From an uncultured Actinomycetota bacterium (GTDB lineage Bacteria; Actinomycetota; Actinomycetes; JAHEKZ01): a stretch of 64,000 bases of DNA. Location of the stretch: NCBI GenBank assembly GCA_963829525.1, contig CAWHIJ010000003.1:224001-288000 (forward strand), in the 5' to 3' direction. Position numbers and translations under genes: made by a program. Each line of letters starts with the position of its first letter. Position 1 is the first letter of the stretch. The notes beneath the pieces are model-generated. The model was not told where the DNA came from. It was given only the letters and a program-made list of their open reading frames with translations, and ran no database searches. Below, one piece after another: positions 1 through 9,416 of the stretch.

Positions 1-433
1 GCCGCCACACCACAAGCACGGCGAGCGTCGCGCCAGCCACCGCAACGACGAGAGCCTGAAGGTAGGCACGGATGAGAAGGTCCCGAACGTCCCCCGGCAC
101 CTGGTCCAGATTTGTCACTCCCGAGGTTCCGGCAAGCGCGTCCTGGGTCACGTCGCTGTCCAGTGAATCGACCTGCGCGTGGAGCGACAGAGGGCCGTCA
201 TGGGTGTCGAGCGCGATGGTGCCAAGCGGAGGCACGTCGATGACCGTGTCTCCAGTCAACGAGAAGGTGACCTCCGATGTCACGATCAACGGCCCCACCT
301 GGTCGCTGCGCGCGGCCCCCAAGGCAAGTCCGATCCAGGCGCCGAGAACGGCAACGACAACAAAGGCCGTCACCTGGCCCAGGTGGCGCCACGTCAGCTC
401 AGCGCGCAGCGTCGAAAGCACCCGCTGCCGCAC
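1..433 (-). CDS. 5' part of a membrane-anchored protein, probably the actinobacterial metallophosphoesterase family (runs off the window)
   Basis: Not in the ORF track. Manual translation from GTG at 433 gives MRQRVLSTLRAELTWRHLGQVTAFVVVAVLGAWIGLALG...VGPL...SLTGDTVIDVPPLGTIALDTHDGP, an N-terminal TM helix followed by a motif I recall from that family. The catalytic domain lies outside the window. Confidence 0.55.
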   Translation of the reverse strand, partial: MRQRVLSTLRAELTWRHLGQVTAFVVVAVLGAWIGLALGAARSDQVGPLIVTSEVTFSLTGDTVIDVPPLGTIALDTHDGPLSLHAQVDSLDSDVTQDALAGTSGVTNLDQVPGDVRDLLIRAYLQALVVAVAGATLAVLVVWR

Positions 434-526
434 TGCTCACCACCGCCTCGACCGACCCTTGGGGCTTCCATTGTCGAGGCAAAGTGCCACCACCTTGACC
501 ACTGGACGCCGCCAGAGTCTGGGCCA

Positions 527-988
527 CTACTCCGGAACGCCCCAATTGAAGCGGTGGGTGTGGATGTCGAAGTAGACAAATGACTCCGTTGCTTTGACCC
601 CCGCGATGCTCTTCAGCCGGTCGTTGACCACCTCGAAGAGCTGATCCATGTCGGCGCAGACCACCTCGGCGAACAGGTCGAACGACCCGGAGGTCAGCAC
701 CACATAGATGACCTTGTCAATGACACCCACAGCGTCTGCCACGGCGCGGATATCGCCGTCGACTTCGATCCCCACCATCGCCATCACCGGCAGACCGAGC
801 TTGAGGGGGTCGGTCACCGCGACCACCTGCAGCAGGCCGGTCTCCATCAGCCGCTGCATCCGTTGCCGAACTGCCGGAGCAGACAGCCCCACCTCTGCTG
901 CCAGGTCCGCGTAAGAAGCACGACCATCGATCTGCAGCTGCCTGATGATGGCCCGGTCGATGGCGTCGATCGGGACCTGGTGGGTCAT
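527..988 (-). CDS. Lrp/AsnC family transcriptional regulator
   Basis: IDAIDRAIIRQLQIDGRASYADLAAEVGLSAPAVRQR HTH plus AsnC ligand domain; ATGA-coupled to the SDR stop. Confidence 0.93.
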   Translation of the reverse strand: MTHQVPIDAIDRAIIRQLQIDGRASYADLAAEVGLSAPAVRQRMQRLMETGLLQVVAVTDPLKLGLPVMAMVGIEVDGDIRAVADAVGVIDKVIYVVLTSGSFDLFAEVVCADMDQLFEVVNDRLKSIAGVKATESFVYFDIHTHRFNWGVPE

Positions 989-1790
989 CTGCGCTCCTCC
1001 GCGATCGAGTTGCCGCCGTCAACGACGATTGCCTGGCCAGTGACGTATGCGGCGCCTGGTGTGGACAGCCAGACCACGGCACTGGCGATCTCATCTGCTG
1101 TGGCCGAACGCCCCACTGGGGTGCTCAGTCCCTGCTGGTACTCGTCAGCGGTCTGCGACGCGGTCGCTATCCAGCCGGGACAAACGGCATTGACCGTGAT
1201 ACCCGAGCGCGCAACCTCGACGGCGAGCGACCTGGTCATCCCCACCATCCCGGCTTTGGCGGCGCCGTAGTCGGTGTTGCCCACCATGGCCATGACCGGC
1301 CCAGTGATCGAGGCGACATTGACCACCCGCCCGTAGCCAGCAGCCAAGCATGGGCTGGAGGGCAGCCCGCGTCACGAAGAACGCGGTGTCGAGGTTGCGG
1401 CTGATTCCAGCCCGCCATGCCTCATCGGACATCGCGGCCGCCTCGGTATGCCCTTCGGTGGGGTCGGCGACGCTCGTCATGCCCGCGTTGTTCACCACGA
1501 TGTCGAGCTGACCGAACCGGCTGCAGCGATGACTCGACAACCATGGTCGGCCTGGCTGCTGTCGGTGAGATCGGCCGGTACGCCGAACGCCTCGACGCCG
1601 GCCTCCCGAAGCTGATTGACGCGATCCTCGATGCGCGACGTGGTCGAGGTGATCATGACCCTTGCACCCGCTGGCGCCGAGAAGCCGCGCACTCGCGAAC
1701 CCGATGCCGGTGTCGCTGCCCGCCCCGGTGACCAGGGCAACCTGCCCGGTCAGGTCGAAGGCACCCGCCGACGTCTGCGGACTGAGCCAT
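985..1790 (-). pseudogene. Short-chain dehydrogenase/reductase (FabG-like), apparently frameshifted; probably sequencing errors
   Basis: VALVTGAGSDTGIG, DIVVNNAG, YGAAK and VNAVCPG motifs are spread over different frames. Removing five single-base insertions (about 1764, 1668, 1545, 1518, 1346) gives 267 codons from an ATG overlapping the upstream TGA. Confidence 0.8.
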
Positions 1791-3152
1791 CAGGCGTAGA
1801 GCTCGTTGATCGCCTTGGTGAAGACCTCGGTGTGCAGGTCGACGTCAGCCTCGCTGGTGGACGGGCACATCAGTGCCATGTTGTGGAACGGCGTCATCAG
1901 CACCCCACGGTTGAGCGTGTAGAGGTGCATGTACTCATCGAGGTCATCGTCACCGGCCTCGTTCGACTCAGTGCCGTTGACCGGTGCCGGACGTGCGAAG
2001 CGGTACTCAGCGCGCGCACCGAGCTGGCTGATGCTCCAGGGCACATCGACCGTGTCGAGGACGTTCTGAACTCCTTCGGTGAAGCGGGTGGCCAGCGCGA
2101 TCATCTCTGCGAAGGCCTCATCGGTGAGCACCTCGCCGAGGGTCGCCTTTGCTGCTGCCATCGACAGCGCGTTTCCGGCGAGCGTTCCACCGACACCGCC
2201 GACGTCAATGAGGTCGGCCTCTTCGTGGGAGTTGATCTCATCAGCAAGCCGCTGGGTGATGCCGTAGGTGCCGATGGGAATTCCGCCGGCAATCGACTTG
2301 CCCGATGACCAGGATGTCTGGGTCGAGTCCTTCGGCTTTCGTCATACCACCGGGACCAGCACTGAAGGTGTGTGTCTCGTCGATCAGCAGTAGCGCTCCG
2401 TGCTTCGAGCACAGGGCGCGAAGGCCCTCGAGGAAGCCCGGCTCGGGCAGCACGATGCCAATGTTGGTGAGCGCCGGCTCGGTGATGACAACAGCGACGT
2501 CGCCGTGCGCGAGGGCACGTTCGACCGACGACAAGTCGTTGAACTCGGCCACACGAGTTGTCTCCGCTGGATGAACCGCGGGCCCGGCGTTGCCGGGGCG
2601 AGGCTGAGTGCTGCCGTCGGCACCCATGACGACGACGGTCTCGTCGACACTGCCGTGATAGCAGTAGGAGAAGGCCAGCACCTTGCTCTTACCGGTGGCC
2701 AGACGGGCGAGGCGCAGCGCCCAACGGTTCGCATCCGTCGCGGTCAGGGAGAACGACCACAGCGGCAAGCCGAATCGGCGGGTGAGCTCTCCCCCGACCC
2801 ACGCCGCGTCCTCACTGGGCAGCATGGTGGTGAACCCACCCTTGGGCCCGATCCGCTCATTGATCGCCCGCACCGTGGCGTCCGGTGAGTGCCCGGCCAT
2901 GGCGCCGGTGTCGCCCAGGGCGAAGTCGACGTAGGTGTGCCCGTCGATGTCGCTGATCCGATTGCCGTGTGCGGCGTCGAGGTACAGCGGGAAGCCACCC
3001 GACCACTTCGTCATCCACGTCATCGGCACCCCGCCGAAGAGGCTCCGCTGGGCAGCCTCGAACGCGGCACGGCTCTTCGGGTGGTTTTCGGCGTAGGTGG
3101 CGCGCTCTCGCTCGATGAGACTCGTCAGTCTGGCGCGATCGACTGTGGACAT
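1790..3152 (-). pseudogene. Class III PLP aminotransferase (GSA-aminomutase-like fold) with one apparent frameshift
   Basis: ORFs 2241-3152 and 1790-2161 join if one G is removed at about 2301-2303, restoring DILVIGKSIAGGIP (PLP lysine). DETHT and GGTLAGNALS motifs present; repaired length 454 codons. Confidence 0.85.
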
Positions 3153-3316
3153 GAGAACCTCACAGGGGATGATTTACGATGGGGAACTCCGACCATACTA
3201 TTGATTCGATTGCCAAACAAGGCTGGATCTTCCGGATCGATTGTCTCATGAGAGTTCTGCGGAGGAAAGGCGCGGCGGCTTGCTGCTGATCATCACCCCT
3301 GTCACCATCACTGCTC

Positions 3317-3838
3317 GTGTCGAGCGTCAGCGTGATCTTCGTCTGTATGGGAAACATCTGTCGATCCCCGATGGCCGCGTCCGTGTTGCGCTCAGAGCTT
3401 GAGAAGACCAGCCTCACCCAGGTTCAGGTCAGCAGCGCAGGTACCGGCGGTTGGCACGTCGGAGACCCCGCCGACCGCCGCGCTCAGGCGGCGCTCGCCA
3501 GGCGCGGGTATCGGACCGAGCACCAAGCACAGCAGTTCAACCCCGGATGGTTTGACGAGTTCGACCTGGTCGTTGCAATGGATCGCGACAACCTTCGAGA
3601 CCTCCAGCGTCTTGCCCCGAGTCGGCCCCGCACTGAAACCCTGCGACTCATGCTCGAGTTCGACCCGGAAGCTGAGTTCCTGGACGTCCCAGATCCGTAC
3701 TACGGGTCTGCCGGAGACTTCGACCAAGTGCTTGACCTCCTCGAACCGGCCTGCCGCGGACTTGTCACGCACCTGCAGACGACATACCGAGGCGATGACG
3801 AACGTGGCTCATCGCGCCTCGTTTCCCGAGATCGGTGA
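3317..3838 (+). CDS. Low-molecular-weight protein-tyrosine phosphatase
   Basis: FVCMGNICRSP P-loop and DVPDPYYG motif. Confidence 0.93.
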   Translation: MSSVSVIFVCMGNICRSPMAASVLRSELEKTSLTQVQVSSAGTGGWHVGDPADRRAQAALARRGYRTEHQAQQFNPGWFDEFDLVVAMDRDNLRDLQRLAPSRPRTETLRLMLEFDPEAEFLDVPDPYYGSAGDFDQVLDLLEPACRGLVTHLQTTYRGDDERGSSRLVSRDR

Positions 3839-3860
3839 TCGGTGCCGATACCGTCAGGCC

Positions 3861-4601
3861 ATGGAGCAACCACCAGCTTTTGAGCCACTCGATGAGAACT
3901 GGGAGCGTGCGCTCGTTCTCGTCGCGCACCCCGATGACATGGAGTACGGAGGTGCCTCCGCCATCGCCCATTTCACAAGTCAGGGCAAACGGGTCGTGTA
4001 CACCCTGCTCACCAGTGGTGAGGCGGGCATCGACAGCCTTGCTCCAGAAGAGTGCGCGCCGGTGCGCGAGGCCGAGCAGCGCGCAGCTTGCGCCGCCGTG
4101 GGAGTGGAAGTTGTCGAGTTCTTGAACTTCCCCGATGGGGCACTCGAGTACGGCTTGCCGCTCCGTCATGCAATCACAGCAGCCATCCGCCGTCACCGGC
4201 CGGAGATCATCATCACCACCAACTTCCGTGAGACGTACGGTGGCGTGATGCTCAACCAAGCCGACCACATTGCCGGCGGTCGCGCGGCTCTCGACGCCGC
4301 ACGCGATGCCGGTAACCGGTGGGTCTTCCGCGACCTGCTCGCAGCCGGACTCGAGCCGTGGGCCGGGGTGCGACAGGTGTGGGCGGTCGGATCACCGGAC
4401 GCACGCCACGCTGTCGAGGTCACCGACCACTTCGCCGCCGGACTTGCCTCCCTGCACGAGCACCGCGCCTACCTCGCCGGGCTCGGCCCCGAGGCACCCG
4501 ATCCCTCCGAGATGCTCGAGGGGATGGCACGCCAAGCCGGTACCCAGCTTGGGGTGCCGATGGCCGTGTCGATGGAGGTCTTCCACTTGATGCTGCTCTG
4601 A
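3861..4601 (+). CDS. PIG-L family deacetylase
   Basis: VAHPDDMEYG and QADH metal motifs. Start moved to ATG 3861, which has a TACCGT -10 six nt upstream (leaderless). Confidence 0.88.
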   Translation: MEQPPAFEPLDENWERALVLVAHPDDMEYGGASAIAHFTSQGKRVVYTLLTSGEAGIDSLAPEECAPVREAEQRAACAAVGVEVVEFLNFPDGALEYGLPLRHAITAAIRRHRPEIIITTNFRETYGGVMLNQADHIAGGRAALDAARDAGNRWVFRDLLAAGLEPWAGVRQVWAVGSPDARHAVEVTDHFAAGLASLHEHRAYLAGLGPEAPDPSEMLEGMARQAGTQLGVPMAVSMEVFHLMLL

Positions 4602-4622
4602 ACTGCGGCGATCGTGTTGTCG

Positions 4623-5426
4623 CTACGCGGCGATGACAAGCAGAGCAACGTCGACAACGGCAGCCACCATCACCACGGTGAAGGCGGGCCGATCGATGCG
4701 TCCACGCACCACAAATGATGAGCCGGCGATGACGGGAAGCGCCACAAGTACGCCGCCCAGGGCTAGTCCCCATCCGCTCAATCCGCCCTGGGTCAACAGC
4801 ACTCCGCCCGCGCACCCCAAGATGACGAGTGCAACGACGAGTGAACCTCGAGCACCGATCCGCTGAGGCAGCCCAAGCACACCGAGCTCGCGATCCTGCG
4901 CGACATCAGGGGCCGCATTCGCGAAGTGGGCCGCCACTCCAAGCATCCCGCCTGCAACCGGCAACCACCACTGCACCTTCTGTTCGGCCACCGCCGTCAC
5001 GTAGATGGGTAGTGCTCCAAAACCCAAGGCATAGGGAAGCGGCGACCAGCGGGACCTCTTGACGCCGAGGTTGTAGGCCCAGCCGGAAACAACAAGGAGT
5101 AGATGCCATGCACCGCTCCACCCGACGATGAGCGACAACGGCACCGACACCCCACCGGCGCAGAAAGAGGCGAGCCGCAAGGTCGCCGGTGTGACCGCGC
5201 CCGTCGAGGTCGGTTTGTCCGAACGCTCAGCAGCCAGGTCCCGGGCCGCATCCAGCCAGTCGTTCGACCAACCGATGGAGAGCTGTCCGACGAGTACCGT
5301 CACCCCCACAAGTACCAGAAGAGTGGGGGAGAGCTGCACCGAGACGCCCAACAGGAGCGCGATCGAGGTGACTGCGACCGTTGGGCCGGGATGGCAGGCA
5401 CGGACGAACGCGCCCAGGGTTCTCAT
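4623..5426 (-). CDS. UbiA family prenyltransferase
   Basis: Multi-TM protein with SNDWLDAARD and ANAAPDVAQD aspartate-rich motifs. Confidence 0.88.
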   Translation of the reverse strand: MRTLGAFVRACHPGPTVAVTSIALLLGVSVQLSPTLLVLVGVTVLVGQLSIGWSNDWLDAARDLAAERSDKPTSTGAVTPATLRLASFCAGGVSVPLSLIVGWSGAWHLLLVVSGWAYNLGVKRSRWSPLPYALGFGALPIYVTAVAEQKVQWWLPVAGGMLGVAAHFANAAPDVAQDRELGVLGLPQRIGARGSLVVALVILGCAGGVLLTQGGLSGWGLALGGVLVALPVIAGSSFVVRGRIDRPAFTVVMVAAVVDVALLVIAA

Positions 5427-5447
5427 CGGTGAGAACCTCCAGGTGGC

Positions 5448-6722
5448 TCAGGTCGGCAGGTGGCCAAGGAACCAGTCTGCAGCAGCGTCGGCCACCGACT
5501 CGAGTGCCCCAGGCTCGGTAAAGAGGTGGGTGGCTCCGGGAACCACGAACAGGTCAGCAGGGCAGTCCAACAGAGCAAGCGCTCGGTGGTTGAGCTCCAG
5601 AACTGTCGTGTCGGCGCCCCCGACGATGAGCAAGGTGGGCGCCGACACCTGGGGAACAATCGGGAGGGCGAGGTCGGGGCGGCCCCCGCGCGAGACAACG
5701 GCTGAGACGGCATCCCCCAGTGTGGCGGCCGCCGCAAGCGCAGCAGCCGCTCCTGTGCTGGCTCCGAAGAAGCCCAACGGCAACGACAGGAGCCCTGGCT
5801 GTTGCTGTAGCCAACGGGTCAGTTCAAGCAGCCGGCCGGTGAGGAACTCGATGTCGAACACCAGGTCGCGATCGCCGTCCTCGGCCTCGGTGAGCAGGTC
5901 AACAAGGGCCGTTGCGAGCCCGACCTCGGTAAGCCGCTCCGCCACGAGCCGGTTCCGGACGCTGCGGTGGCTGCTGCCACTTCCGTGAGCGAAGACGACC
6001 AGGCCCCTGGCATGCGGCGGGACCGAGATGACGCCGGCCAACGACCCTGCTCCGACGGGAACCGCGACGCTCCGCGTCGAGATCGCCGGCGCCGCGTCGG
6101 CGAGACACTTCCGCACCTCATCGTCGGTCGTGGGCCGGAAGTCCTGGTAGTGCGCCCCAACCGCCAGGAAGCCAGACGGTGTCTCGACAGCGATGCACTC
6201 GTCAGCGACGTCGCGAAGGGGGCGCGTCCAGCCCAGAGGCGCCACCGGCACCGCGAGCACAACCCGGCGAGCACCATGCTCTGATGCAATCTGACACGCG
6301 GCCCGTGCCGTGGCCCCGGTGGCGACCCCGTCGTCGACGACAAGCGCCGTGCAGTCAACCAAGGGCTCGCGCGGGCGCACTGCCCGGTACCCAGCGGCTC
6401 GTCGCTCAACCTCACTCCACTCCCGCGCAGAGAGCGCCTCAAGGTCACTTGGGTCGATCAATGCCTGCCGGACAAGGTCATCGTTCAACACACGGATGTG
6501 GTCTTCGCCGACTGCTCCCAGCGCGAGCTCGGGCTGACGGGGACTGCCGAGCTTTCGTACGACGATCACATCCAGGGGAGCGCGAAGCTCGCGCGCGACC
6601 TCAGCGGCCACGGGCACGCCCCCGCGGGGAATACCCAGCACGACGACGTTGCCCTCACTACGAAGTCCGAGGACCTTTTGCGCGAGGCGCCGGCCCGCAT
6701 CCAATCGGTCGTTGAACACCAA
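5448..6722 (-). CDS. Phosphoribosyltransferase fused to a dienelactone-hydrolase-like alpha/beta hydrolase (Rv0571c-like architecture)
   Basis: FNDRLDAGRRLA, VLGIPRGG, LVVDDGVATGAT PRT loop; C-terminal HGSGSS, GASTG and GATHLF hydrolase motifs. Confidence 0.88.
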   Translation of the reverse strand: MVFNDRLDAGRRLAQKVLGLRSEGNVVVLGIPRGGVPVAAEVARELRAPLDVIVVRKLGSPRQPELALGAVGEDHIRVLNDDLVRQALIDPSDLEALSAREWSEVERRAAGYRAVRPREPLVDCTALVVDDGVATGATARAACQIASEHGARRVVLAVPVAPLGWTRPLRDVADECIAVETPSGFLAVGAHYQDFRPTTDDEVRKCLADAAPAISTRSVAVPVGAGSLAGVISVPPHARGLVVFAHGSGSSHRSVRNRLVAERLTEVGLATALVDLLTEAEDGDRDLVFDIEFLTGRLLELTRWLQQQPGLLSLPLGFFGASTGAAAALAAAATLGDAVSAVVSRGGRPDLALPIVPQVSAPTLLIVGGADTTVLELNHRALALLDCPADLFVVPGATHLFTEPGALESVADAAADWFLGHLPT

Positions 6723-6725
6723 GCA

Positions 6726-6798
6726 CCTCCCTCAGGTCGAGCCTCCCTCAGATCGGTTCAACCGCCCAGGGCCGGAGGTCACGCTCCGGAGGTCACGC
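6726..6798. repeat. Two pairs of short direct repeats in a 70-bp intergenic gap
   Basis: CCTCCCTCAGRTCG at 6726 and 6742; CCGGAGGTCACGC at 6772 and 6786. Confidence 0.8.
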
Positions 6799-8040
6799 CA
6801 GGGAGATCAGGACGTCGCCACGGTCAGGATCTGCCGACCTGAACATCGACCAAGGCAGCCGGAACACCCGTCCCGGCGACACTGGCCAAGGAATTCGCCG
6901 GCGAGCAATGACCGCCCCGGCCTGTCGAACTTCGACCACCGGGCTTGCGCGATACTCCGTTGCCCAGAGCAACATCCGCGAGCGCGATGGGGCAATAGCC
7001 GTAGAGGCGATCACACCTGGGCTTACCCAGGTGAATGGCTCAGCAACGGTGACTCCGATCCCTTGCGGCCGAGGTCGGGCGGTCTCCAGATAGTTGGCTA
7101 CGTGCGCAGCCACATGTCGCCCATCGAGCGCCGCGACGTCTGCGGTGTCAACGGGGTGCAGCAGGTTCCCAGCGGCAAAGATTCCTGCAGCGCTGGTACG
7201 CAGGGCCGTGTCAACGACGGGGCCCCGATGGCCAGCGTCGATCTCAAGACCCCGTAGTCGGGCTAGCTCATGGTCGGGAATCCAGTCACCGGTGAAGACC
7301 ACGACGTCGCACGGAACGATGCGGCGAAGCCCGGTGACCAGGTTCTTCACCTCGACGGCACGCAAACGATCGTGGCCGATGATTCGAGTCACTGCGGTTT
7401 GAGTAGCGACCGAAACCGAGAGTGCAGCACGCCCTGGGACGGTGAAAGCGGCGTACGACTCAGGGCGCGCATGCTGCGTCGTCATCAGGGTGGTGCGACA
7501 TCCGGCGTGCCTGAGGGTGAGAACCGCTGACCAGCTCACCAGCTCGGCGCCGACGACCACCGCGCTCCCTCCGAGTCGACGCCCCTGTGCGTATACCAGG
7601 TTCTGCAACTGGCCCGTGGTGAGAACACCCGGGGGCCGGTCCCCAGGAATCATTCGGGCTGCACGGGGGCGCTCCCTCGCACCCGTTGACAAGACGATCG
7701 CCTTCGCCTGCACCCGGTAGCGTCCGTCGGGGCTGGTCACCCAGAGAGTGCGGTCGCCGTCCCACCCCGTCACCATCGACTGAGTCCGCACATCCGCCCC
7801 GATCTGGACGGCATGGTCTGCGAGTCGTCTGGCGTAGCTGGGACCGGTCATCATCCGCCGGAGATCCCGTAGGCCGTAGCCCGTGTGGGCGCTGTGTCTC
7901 GGGATGCCCCCCGCGTCAGCCTCACGCTCAAGCACGACGACAGAAGGCACGCCGCTCTTACGCAGCTCGCCAGCAGCGGTGAGTCCGGCCGGCCCTGCAC
8001 CGACAACGACGACGTCCGCCTGTTCGTCGGAGCGGCTCAT
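6793..8040 (-). CDS. NAD(P)/FAD-dependent oxidoreductase (pyridine nucleotide-disulfide family)
   Basis: VVVVGAGPAG, STGARERPR, GIFAAGN; ATGA-coupled to the upstream gene. Confidence 0.88.
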   Translation of the reverse strand: MSRSDEQADVVVVGAGPAGLTAAGELRKSGVPSVVVLEREADAGGIPRHSAHTGYGLRDLRRMMTGPSYARRLADHAVQIGADVRTQSMVTGWDGDRTLWVTSPDGRYRVQAKAIVLSTGARERPRAARMIPGDRPPGVLTTGQLQNLVYAQGRRLGGSAVVVGAELVSWSAVLTLRHAGCRTTLMTTQHARPESYAAFTVPGRAALSVSVATQTAVTRIIGHDRLRAVEVKNLVTGLRRIVPCDVVVFTGDWIPDHELARLRGLEIDAGHRGPVVDTALRTSAAGIFAAGNLLHPVDTADVAALDGRHVAAHVANYLETARPRPQGIGVTVAEPFTWVSPGVIASTAIAPSRSRMLLWATEYRASPVVEVRQAGAVIARRRIPWPVSPGRVFRLPWSMFRSADPDRGDVLISLA

Positions 8041-9416
8041 CGGTTGGCACCGCGCAACACTCCGTCGATCTCAGCACCGCAGTAGAACCCCTGGCAGCGC
8101 CCCATGGTCGCGCGGGTTCGGCGTCGCAACCCGTCAAGGTCGGACGGAGGTAGTGGACCGGCGAACGAGTCCCGGATCTCTCCCAGAGTGACCCGCTCAC
8201 AGAAGCAGACGATGCTGCCGTACGCGGGGTCGCTCTTGATGGCCTCCGCTGACGCAAAAGGCCGTGACGTCTGCTCGCCAATGGACGGCATGCGTGGCGC
8301 AGCAGGAAGACCGTTTCGTCTCTTCGTCGCGACGCCGGCCTCCTGCAGGAGCTTCGTGGCATGCTCGGCCAGCGCCATCGACGCGGTGAGCCCCGTTGAG
8401 CGGATGCCGCCGAGCACCAAGTATCGATTGACGCTGTCGATGTCGACGACGTAGTCAGGGTGCTCGGTGGCTGCGCGCAGTCCCGCGTAGCTAGCGGTCA
8501 CCTCTTCGTCGAGCAGCCTCGGCATAAGCCGGCGCCCCTTCTCGAGCAGGTAGGCAAAGCCACCCTCAGATGTCGAGGTGTCGCCACGATCCGAGCGGTC
8601 TTCCGACGTTGGGCCGAGCATGACGTTGCCGTAGATGGTGGGGCTCACGAGTACGCCTTTGCCCTTGAGCGTCGGAACCGGAAGAACGATGGTGTCGACC
8701 AGCTGTCTCGCGAGCTTGTCGAAGACCAGCAGCTCACCTCGACGCGGCACGATGGTGAAACGGTCGTAGCCGAACAACCGATCGATGATGTCGCTACCAA
8801 GTCCGGCAGCATTGACCACCCAGCGGCACTGCAGGTCTCCCTGAGTCGTTGAAAGGGTCGTCACCGATTCACCGACGTTCACGTTGAGGAGGTCATGCCG
8901 GAGAAGTACTGACGCCCCACGTGCCAGGGCATCGGTTGCAAGCCCAAGCGTCGTCGTCCAGGGGCAGATGATGGACTCATCGGGAACCGTCATCCCCCCG
9001 AGGGCGCCGGCTCCCAGCGCGGGAACCATTGCGTAGACAGCGTCAGCGGTGATGAGCTCGCAGCTCTGGTACCCATTGGTGGTCGCCTTGTCCCGGAGTC
9101 CCGGCAAAGCACCAAGCTCTTCGTCACTCCAGGCAACGAGTACCGCACCGGTACGTTCGACCGGAATGCCGACCTCCGCGGCGTAGCCGGTGAGCAGCTG
9201 GTAACCGCGCGGAACGAGTTTGGCCTCCAGCGTCCCCGGCGGTGCGTCGAACCCGGTGTGCAGGATTGCGGTGTTTGCCTTGCTCGTTCCGTCACCGACA
9301 TCATCTTTGGCTTCAAGGAGCGCCACTGACAACTGACTGCCCGACAGCTCGCGGGCAGCGGCGCAGCCGACGACGCCACCGCCGATGACCACGACATCAA
9401 ACACCTCGTTCGTCAC
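8037..9416 (-). CDS. FAD-dependent oxidoreductase, GlpA/LhgO-like, with C-terminal BFD-like [2Fe-2S] domain
   Basis: VVVIGGGVVG, GTSKANTAILHTG; C-terminal VCFCE...MGRCQGFYC. GTG 9416 overlaps the kinase stop (GTGA). Confidence 0.87.
   Translation of the reverse strand: MTNEVFDVVVIGGGVVGCAAARELSGSQLSVALLEAKDDVGDGTSKANTAILHTGFDAPPGTLEAKLVPRGYQLLTGYAAEVGIPVERTGAVLVAWSDEELGALPGLRDKATTNGYQSCELITADAVYAMVPALGAGALGGMTVPDESIICPWTTTLGLATDALARGASVLLRHDLLNVNVGESVTTLSTTQGDLQCRWVVNAAGLGSDIIDRLFGYDRFTIVPRRGELLVFDKLARQLVDTIVLPVPTLKGKGVLVSPTIYGNVMLGPTSEDRSDRGDTSTSEGGFAYLLEKGRRLMPRLLDEEVTASYAGLRAATEHPDYVVDIDSVNRYLVLGGIRSTGLTASMALAEHATKLLQEAGVATKRRNGLPAAPRMPSIGEQTSRPFASAEAIKSDPAYGSIVCFCERVTLGEIRDSFAGPLPPSDLDGLRRRTRATMGRCQGFYCGAEIDGVLRGANR

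Noticed and set aside
2295-2310. Programmed ribosomal frameshift in the aminotransferase
   Set aside because: No slippery heptamer, and five similar insertions nearby point to sequence error.
3821-3834. GTTTCCCGAGATCG as a parS site
   Set aside because: Too many mismatches in the right half-site.
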